Of a DNA stretch of 64,000 nucleotides, positions 58,071-64,000 are shown in pieces. Position 1 is the stretch's first letter, and every line of letters starts with the position of its first letter. The notes under the pieces are model-generated. The model ran no database searches. It saw only the letters and a list, made by a program, of their open reading frames with translations, and was not told where the DNA came from. A program made the translations under genes and the position numbers. Origin of the DNA: Candidatus Woesearchaeota archaeon (lineage in GTDB: Archaea > Nanobdellota > Nanobdellia > Pacearchaeales > GW2011-AR1); contig CAYHPN010000003.1 in the NCBI GenBank assembly GCA_964358765.1, positions 43,327 to 107,326 on the forward strand, given 5' to 3'.

Positions 58071-58230
58071 ACTAAACAATCGTATTTCTTTTATGGATAA
58101 CTGCATTGTTTATGTGACAAATTCTCGGCAGTTGTCCATTAGAGGACTGTGTACAAAATATTATATAACCTACGCAGTTCCCTATAGCAAATGCGAAAAG
58201 ATATAAATAATCTCTTTAACATTAGTGAAT

Positions 58231-58776
58231 ATGAAAAAAGTTGCAAAAAAGAAGATTAAAAAAGCTCCTAGAAAAGTAAAGGCAAATTTTCCTAAACTTC
58301 CTAAAATAGAATTAGCAACTTTTGGTGGAGGTTGTTTCTGGCACGTCCAATTAGAGTTCTCTAAAATTCCAGGAGTAATAAAAACAGAGGCAGGTTATAT
58401 GGGAGGTAAAGACCGATTTCAAAATCCAACATATGAAGAAGTATGTACTGATAAAACAGGTCATGCAGAAGTAGTTCAAATTACTTTTGATCCTAAACTA
58501 GTTTCCTACTTCCAATTCTTAGAAGTATTCTTCAAAAACCATGATCCAACACAATTAAACAGACAAGGACCAGATGTCGGCTCACAATATCGTTCAATTA
58601 TTTTCTATAACTCGCCAAAGCAAAAAAAAGAAGCACAGGAATTTTTAAATCATTTTCAGCAAACTCTCTCCAAAAAAATAATGACTCTCATAGAACCTGC
58701 AAAACCTTTCTATATTGCGGAAGATTACCATCAAAATTACCTTGTAAAAAAAGGCTTGGATTCCTGCATGATTTAG
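58231..58776 (+). CDS. msrA: Peptide methionine sulfoxide reductase A
   Basis: GGCFW, GYMGG, TGHAEVV, NRQGPDVGSQYRS, AEDYHQNY. Confidence 0.95.
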   Translation: MKKVAKKKIKKAPRKVKANFPKLPKIELATFGGGCFWHVQLEFSKIPGVIKTEAGYMGGKDRFQNPTYEEVCTDKTGHAEVVQITFDPKLVSYFQFLEVFFKNHDPTQLNRQGPDVGSQYRSIIFYNSPKQKKEAQEFLNHFQQTLSKKIMTLIEPAKPFYIAEDYHQNYLVKKGLDSCMI

Positions 58777-58783
58777 TAAGCTT

Positions 58784-59074
58784 CTATGCTATAGATTCAT
58801 AAAATACGGGGCAAACATCCTGTGTGCCAAAATCTACTTGTCTCTTTAACCCTTTAAAATATGGTTTTCGAACATCATCATTAGGTAATCCTACAACTTC
58901 ATCAACAAAATCATATCTAGGAACAGATAATTGTTGGACAACTAATGTATCTCCCATTAAATTTGGCCTAGTAAATTCTATCATTAAATCTCTTGGATAT
59001 TTTTGAGCAGTAGCTAGACTAGCATCTACTCCAGTAAATACCCATCCATAAAAGCTATCATTTTGTTTATTCAT
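58784..59074 (-). CDS. Small hypothetical protein
   Basis: 96-aa ORF with upstream TTTAAAA box. Confidence 0.5.
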   Translation of the reverse strand: MNKQNDSFYGWVFTGVDASLATAQKYPRDLMIEFTRPNLMGDTLVVQQLSVPRYDFVDEVVGLPNDDVRKPYFKGLKRQVDFGTQDVCPVFYESIA

Positions 59075-59210
59075 GTGTAAAAAACATATTCTTCCCTTTT
59101 AAACCTTTCCATTTGTTATTACTTTATAATAACACTTTTATCGAATAAATCTAGAAAGATCACTTCTTCAATCCAATAATCATTATAAGCAAGATTGGCT
59201 TTTAAACCTA

Positions 59211-60389
59211 ATGACATGTAAAATTTGTGGAGAAGAAGATTGTAAAAAGCACTCAATCTTATTTTCAAAAGCGAGAAGTATAACCGAGTTCTCTGGCTCC
59301 TCTCCTCCAGAAATTTTCGTTGGAAAATGGAATTATCCAAATGTTTATACGGGCATATTATCTCCAGAATCTCATGGAAATACAGAAATTCTTTCCTCTT
59401 CAGAATTATGGCATGAAAAGAAACTGCCAATCTCAAATATATTGAGTATGCGTAATCAATTAATTTATGGCCGTACCCAATCCAATATTTTTAAACCTAG
59501 ATCCCAGACAGATCAAAATAAATCAAAATTTCTTGAAACAATGCAAGAAGTAGCAATGACTGAAAAATCAATTTCTGCAGAATATAAATTAAAAAAACCT
59601 ATTTCTAAAAATGAAGAAAGAGAGTCGAGCGTACCTTTAATTTCAAATGCAGCGCAAGTAGAATCTATTCGTTTAGAAGAAAATCCTTCCGTTTTACCAA
59701 AAGTAGATTATCTAGTTAATGATACAGATGTTAAATCAACTCAGTCCTTGCAAGAACTCCATAAAGCAAATATTCCAACTTCCTCTTTAGTAAAACTTCT
59801 TTCCGCTGGTCTTTTAGGTCTAAAAAAGAACCGTAAATTAGTACCCACAAGATGGTCTATTACAGCAGTAGATGATACTTTATCAAAAAATATCCTTAGC
59901 AAAGTTAAGGCATTTCAGGAAATTTCAGATATTCTTGTGTTCCATGCAACTTATATTGGAAACAATTATAATTTCCTTCTCCTGCCCTCAGAATTTGCTT
60001 TCGAAGTGATTGAAATATCCCTCAAAAATATGTCTGTCTGGCATGATTCAGAAACTTTTTTCCCAAGAAAAAAATACGCAGATAGTGTAACAGGCGCATA
60101 TTACGCAAATCGTCTCGCCCTATGTGAATATTTAGAAAAAATTAATCGTCAAGCTTCCTGTCTTGTTATCAGAGAAATCCGTCAGGAATATTATGCCCCC
60201 TTAGGCGTGGGAATTCTAAGACAAATATCTAGGGAAGCTTTTCTAAATCAACCAAATAAATTCTCCACCTTACAAGAAGCTTTCCAAGACATCCAATCTC
60301 GTCTCAAGCAGCCAATAACAAATTACATCTCAAGATCTTTGTTATTAAAAAATCAAAAGACTCAGACTAAATTATCTAGATTTTTCTGA
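59211..60389 (+). CDS. nreA: Archaeal DNA repair protein NreA
   Basis: GSSPPEIFVG..NYP.V, RKLVPTRWSITAVD, YYAPLGV, C-terminal PIP box QTKLSRFF. Confidence 0.9.
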   Translation: MTCKICGEEDCKKHSILFSKARSITEFSGSSPPEIFVGKWNYPNVYTGILSPESHGNTEILSSSELWHEKKLPISNILSMRNQLIYGRTQSNIFKPRSQTDQNKSKFLETMQEVAMTEKSISAEYKLKKPISKNEERESSVPLISNAAQVESIRLEENPSVLPKVDYLVNDTDVKSTQSLQELHKANIPTSSLVKLLSAGLLGLKKNRKLVPTRWSITAVDDTLSKNILSKVKAFQEISDILVFHATYIGNNYNFLLLPSEFAFEVIEISLKNMSVWHDSETFFPRKKYADSVTGAYYANRLALCEYLEKINRQASCLVIREIRQEYYAPLGVGILRQISREAFLNQPNKFSTLQEAFQDIQSRLKQPITNYISRSLLLKNQKTQTKLSRFF

Positions 60390-60656
60390 ATATTCTTCCT
60401 TAAGAATGATATCTGCTTCTTGAATCAAAGTCAATATACTATTGACAGAATTTCTGCTCATCTTAAAATCTGTTGTTGGTGTTAACATTTCTCCAGAATG
60501 ATACTGTCTTCTGTAGGCAGAACATGCTATCTCCCTTACTCTATCAAATTTAACGGAAAATCCACATTCTATCTTTTCACAATAAAAGGACTTTGCCCTT
60601 GAATCATCAATAACTGATCTCATGGTATGGCATTTCGGACAATCATAATTACTCAT
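60372..60656 (-). CDS. Small Zn-ribbon-like protein
   Basis: CPKC...CEKIECGF. Confidence 0.5.
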   Translation of the reverse strand: MSNYDCPKCHTMRSVIDDSRAKSFYCEKIECGFSVKFDRVREIACSAYRRQYHSGEMLTPTTDFKMSRNSVNSILTLIQEADIILKEEYSEKSR

Positions 60657-60713
60657 TATAAAAATAAACTAACATAGTTTAAAAACAATCATATTATACA
60701 AAATATAATTTAC

Positions 60714-61268
60714 TCAAGCATCTTTCTTTACAGCTTCGCGAATATTCTTATTGAGTTGCCTCATGCTTTCTTCAAGTTGTTCTTTATTCTTAGTTCCAGT
60801 ACAAACTAATTTTCCATTTGAGAACAATAAGAAAGTTGCAGTCGGATCAACTAGTTTATAAACAAGTCCAGGAAATTGTTCAGGTTCATATTCAGTGTTT
60901 TCAAGTTGCAAGGCTAAAATATTCAAATTCAAGCTTAAATCAATGCTTCCAGAAGCAACAATATTCTGTACAGTTATCTTCGGAACATCAGTTATTTTTA
61001 CTCCTATTTTTCCTATCTGTTTTATTACCTGCTGAATTACTTCTTTTACTTGCAATACGCTCTTTGTTCCAGTACACACTAAATTCCCGCTTGAAAATAC
61101 TAGTACTGCACTTTTAGGTTCTTTTATTCTTAAAACTAGTCCAGGAAATTGCTCAGGATTATATTCGGTATTGCTCTGTGTCCTTGCTAATTTAGTCAAT
61201 GAAACCGGCTTCCCTAAAGATGTAGTAGCAACGATATTCTGTATTTTAAGGTTAGATTTTTCTGCCAT
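60714..61268 (-). CDS. tbp: TATA-box binding protein
   Basis: Duplicated NIVA..EY.PEQFPGLV..F.SG/NG..VCTG.K. Confidence 0.97.
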   Translation of the reverse strand: MAEKSNLKIQNIVATTSLGKPVSLTKLARTQSNTEYNPEQFPGLVLRIKEPKSAVLVFSSGNLVCTGTKSVLQVKEVIQQVIKQIGKIGVKITDVPKITVQNIVASGSIDLSLNLNILALQLENTEYEPEQFPGLVYKLVDPTATFLLFSNGKLVCTGTKNKEQLEESMRQLNKNIREAVKKDA

Positions 61269-61335
61269 TTCTCTATCATTCTATTTATAAAGGAAATGCT
61301 TTATAAACCTTTCTTTATATTATGTTGTTAATTCA

Positions 61336-62259
61336 TTATTTACGAAGAGCCATTTCCTTTAATTCCTCATAAACATTTTTTCCTCTAGATATCATCTCAA
61401 TATCCTCTAAGGATTTTCTGCATGATTCAGGCACATCATTTAAAGATAATTTCATCCCTTTCAATTGGGACCTTAGCCAATCTTCATACTTTTGTTGAAT
61501 AAGTTCAGAATAATAGCCAATGCGTGTTTCTCCTTTTCCCATATCTAAAGTAATCTTGTCCTGCCACTCACTATCCTGAGGAAGACTCCCCTTAAGTTTA
61601 AACTCTTTGTTTATGTTAAAATTACGAAGACCTTTATAATAATCTATAAAAGTTGCATTTTCTCCTAAATCAAAAACCTCCCATGTAATATTTAATTCTC
61701 CTTTGGCCTGCCAGTTTCCTCCTCCAATAGCCCTAAGTCCATCTACGGGAACTAATTTTGTTTTTGCTTTTATAAGCTGTTTATTGCCTTTACCCCCATT
61801 CAAATAAAACCTAGAAGAATCAACTTCATTATATCCTTCATTTTTGAGAATATAAAAAAGATCAAGGTCTTGTTTTTCATTATGAGCAATTGGTAAATTG
61901 CATTTTCTTGACAAATCGAACAATCTGCTGATGTCATACATCCTTAAGTCTTCTCCTTCGCCGCAAAGAACTTTCGAAGTATATTGAGCGCTAAGACCAA
62001 CTTCAAAGGTAACAGCTTCCTTAAGACTTTGAATAGAAGGAGCTTTAGTCAGATCAAATTCAAGAATTTCTACTAATTCATTTGCCACATAGGTTTCTAG
62101 ATCAGTTTGAACACCTTTGCTTTTCCCTTGGACAAAGCCTGCCTCTTTAATAAGGAATTCAGCTCCAAAGAATTTACCTAAGCACTCCGCACATGCCTGT
62201 TCAATATCTTTTTTTCTTAATTCGCTTCGGATAAGATTCTTAACTGTATTTTCATCCAT
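61336..62259 (-). CDS. Hypothetical protein
   Basis: 307-aa ORF, no recognised motif. Confidence 0.6.
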   Translation of the reverse strand: MDENTVKNLIRSELRKKDIEQACAECLGKFFGAEFLIKEAGFVQGKSKGVQTDLETYVANELVEILEFDLTKAPSIQSLKEAVTFEVGLSAQYTSKVLCGEGEDLRMYDISRLFDLSRKCNLPIAHNEKQDLDLFYILKNEGYNEVDSSRFYLNGGKGNKQLIKAKTKLVPVDGLRAIGGGNWQAKGELNITWEVFDLGENATFIDYYKGLRNFNINKEFKLKGSLPQDSEWQDKITLDMGKGETRIGYYSELIQQKYEDWLRSQLKGMKLSLNDVPESCRKSLEDIEMISRGKNVYEELKEMALRK

Positions 62260-62333
62260 TCAAAATCAAAAATTACGGCATTTAAGAAGATTGTGGCAAA
62301 AAAGGAGGATAAGCAAGTAGTAAAAATATAGAT

Positions 62334-63998
62334 TTATACATCCAGTTTAATAAATTTCTTTTCATCTTTCTTTCCTAGTTTTCCCACCTTTCCCACTTTC
62401 TTGTGATGCACATGTAAAAATCTGATTACAAAGAAAAGTAATGCCAATGAAAGAATAAAAATCAAGACAACACCTGATTTTTTACCTCCACCTCCAGATA
62501 TAGCTAAACCAGTTCCCCCAGTTGAAGAAGGCAAGAATATCTTCTTTTCCTTACTTATCAAAGAAAATCCATCCCCAAATTCAAATATTAAAACAAACTC
62601 TCCAAATGAATCTTTAGGCAATTTAAACTCAATATTTTCATTTCTATCTTCTTTTTTCAACAATTTTGTATTTGATTGTCCTTTATATCTTGTAATATTA
62701 TCTAAATCTCTCATCTCATAATTTATCAATATATCATGATCTTCTCCAGAATATTCTTTCAAATTATAGTTAACTTTCAAATTTCCTCCGTTTCTTTCAT
62801 ACTCTCCAATTTCTCCCTCAAAACTATTTCTATAAGCATTCACTATCATTGGAATACTATAGTTGCCCTCGTCGCATTCTATAATAACTTCGGAAAGATA
62901 TTCCCCAGGTTCTCCTTCATCAGGCACTTTGACTTCAATACTATAAACAAATTTTTCCCCTTCTCCTAATCCTTTCGTCTGTCCATTGCTTAGCCAGGAA
63001 CTTACCCCTCCATTAAATTTCAATTTGCACCCATTCAAAAACACATTTCCAGTGTTTATAATTTGTAAATTTGCTTTTCCGCTTGTGCCCTTTTTTAGAA
63101 TAATCTCATCTAAAAATTCCAAATTAAGTTTCACGAGTTGACTAGCATTTGCAGGTTTTAACACACCCGTACTTCCACCACCGCCACCTCCGCCACCTCC
63201 AGGAGTGCCTCCTGGCGTTCCTCCCCCTGTCGTTGAAACCGTAAAACTTGAATTTGTTGAATAAATATGTCCGACAGGATCTTCAACAAAAAAACTAAAA
63301 ACAAAATCAGCATCTAAAGTCACACTAAAGTTTGAACTCCCAGTAGCGCAATTAACTAAAGTATTGGGTATCTCAATATTGCTTCCCCTGTAAACTCTGT
63401 AATAGCACATAGTCGGACTAGTATCATTCACGCTGAATGAAATAGGCAAATTATTCCTTGTCGAATAGCTCCCTAAAGGAGAATTCAATGTAGCATTAGG
63501 AGAAATTGTATCTATATGAAAACTTTCATTCGATGTGATAGAAACATGTCCAAATGAGTCATTACAGCTGACACTCCAGATATAATCTCCGTCACTCAAA
63601 TTCAAAAAGAAACTATTCTCACTACCTGATGTAACCGAATTATCCGTTTGATTCAAAGAGAATATTCCATTGAAATTGCCCCATAATCCACAACTCCCCA
63701 AGTCTAAATCGCTGGCTTCATAAACGAATTCTAATTCCTCATTTTCCCCCAAATATTCCCCTACAGGAGAAACTAAAGATACCGTAGGGGCGCCAACCTG
63801 AATGCTGAAAGAGCTATTTGTCATCCCAAAATTTCCATAGCTATCATTTGCAAAAAGAAAAACAACATGACTGCCTTCACTGGTATTGAAAGTGGAATTT
63901 AGACACCCGGTTAAAGTCCGGTTTGCTCCATTATCAATATTATACCAGCAACTCTGTAGATTTGAGTCATTAACTGAGAAATTTAATGCTAAACTAAC
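62334..63998 (-). CDS. Large Ig-like surface glycoprotein with C-terminal TM (5' partial)
   Basis: Frame stays open to the window edge; W.V.CND..G and FAND..GN repeats, many N-x-S/T sequons, poly-Gly linker, C-terminal TM and basic tail. Confidence 0.8.
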   Translation of the reverse strand, partial: VSLALNFSVNDSNLQSCWYNIDNGANRTLTGCLNSTFNTSEGSHVVFLFANDSYGNFGMTNSSFSIQVGAPTVSLVSPVGEYLGENEELEFVYEASDLDLGSCGLWGNFNGIFSLNQTDNSVTSGSENSFFLNLSDGDYIWSVSCNDSFGHVSITSNESFHIDTISPNATLNSPLGSYSTRNNLPISFSVNDTSPTMCYYRVYRGSNIEIPNTLVNCATGSSNFSVTLDADFVFSFFVEDPVGHIYSTNSSFTVSTTGGGTPGGTPGGGGGGGGGSTGVLKPANASQLVKLNLEFLDEIILKKGTSGKANLQIINTGNVFLNGCKLKFNGGVSSWLSNGQTKGLGEGEKFVYSIEVKVPDEGEPGEYLSEVIIECDEGNYSIPMIVNAYRNSFEGEIGEYERNGGNLKVNYNLKEYSGEDHDILINYEMRDLDNITRYKGQSNTKLLKKEDRNENIEFKLPKDSFGEFVLIFEFGDGFSLISKEKKIFLPSSTGGTGLAISGGGGKKSGVVLIFILSLALLFFVIRFLHVHHKKVGKVGKLGKKDEKKFIKLDV

Positions 63999-64000
63999 GT

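Noticed and set aside
57960..58150. CRISPR mini-array around the 32-nt duplicate
   Set aside because: No direct repeats flank the segment and no cas genes are in the window
165..62969. Numerous short ORFs antisense or out of frame within well-supported genes (e.g. 367-750, 3108-3443, 32118-32495, 47670-48128, 60818-61117)
   Set aside because: Fully nested in confidently assigned genes, F/S/L/I-rich composition typical of shadows, no motifs
63178..63230. GC-rich CCACC/CCTCC repeats (also GGA/GGC runs at 36555-36615)
   Set aside because: Simply encode poly-Gly linkers in proteins

Overview
AT-rich (roughly 30% GC by eye), gene-dense archaeal chromosome segment. The archaeal markers (TBP, Alba, rpL15e, rpS17e, EndA C-terminus, NreA, Hef/ERCC4, FtsZ), the bacterial-type enzymes (MnmA, short MetRS, CoaD-CoaE, UppP, GmhA) and the tandem Lrp proteins and many pilin-like genes together suggest a DPANN (Pace/Woesearchaeota-like) genome; that placement is inference. 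The window has about 80 CDS, two tRNAs, a VapBC-type toxin-antitoxin pair, and a cluster of 11 class III signal peptide (type IV pilin-like) genes next to a TadC/FlaJ-like platform gene. The main discovery is non-coding: a dispersed family of 125-208 bp multi-hairpin elements, with 5 copies in both orientations. Their stems covary, they carry a GTAAA loop and a variable internal domain, and three copies have 8-9 bp flanking direct repeats. One copy sits as a 153-bp in-frame insertion in the rdgB/ITPase gene, which is direct evidence of mobility. Other observations: a second palindromic element family (ATGTCAAGA...TCTTGACAT, 2 copies); an exact 32-nt copy of coding sequence from a neighbouring gene embedded between two hairpins (antisense/guide-like); a structured 83-nt leader on tRNA-Ala; several duplicated gene ends; and three frameshifted genes. 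No transposase, integrase, reverse transcriptase or CRISPR array was seen. All alignments and folds were done by eye.
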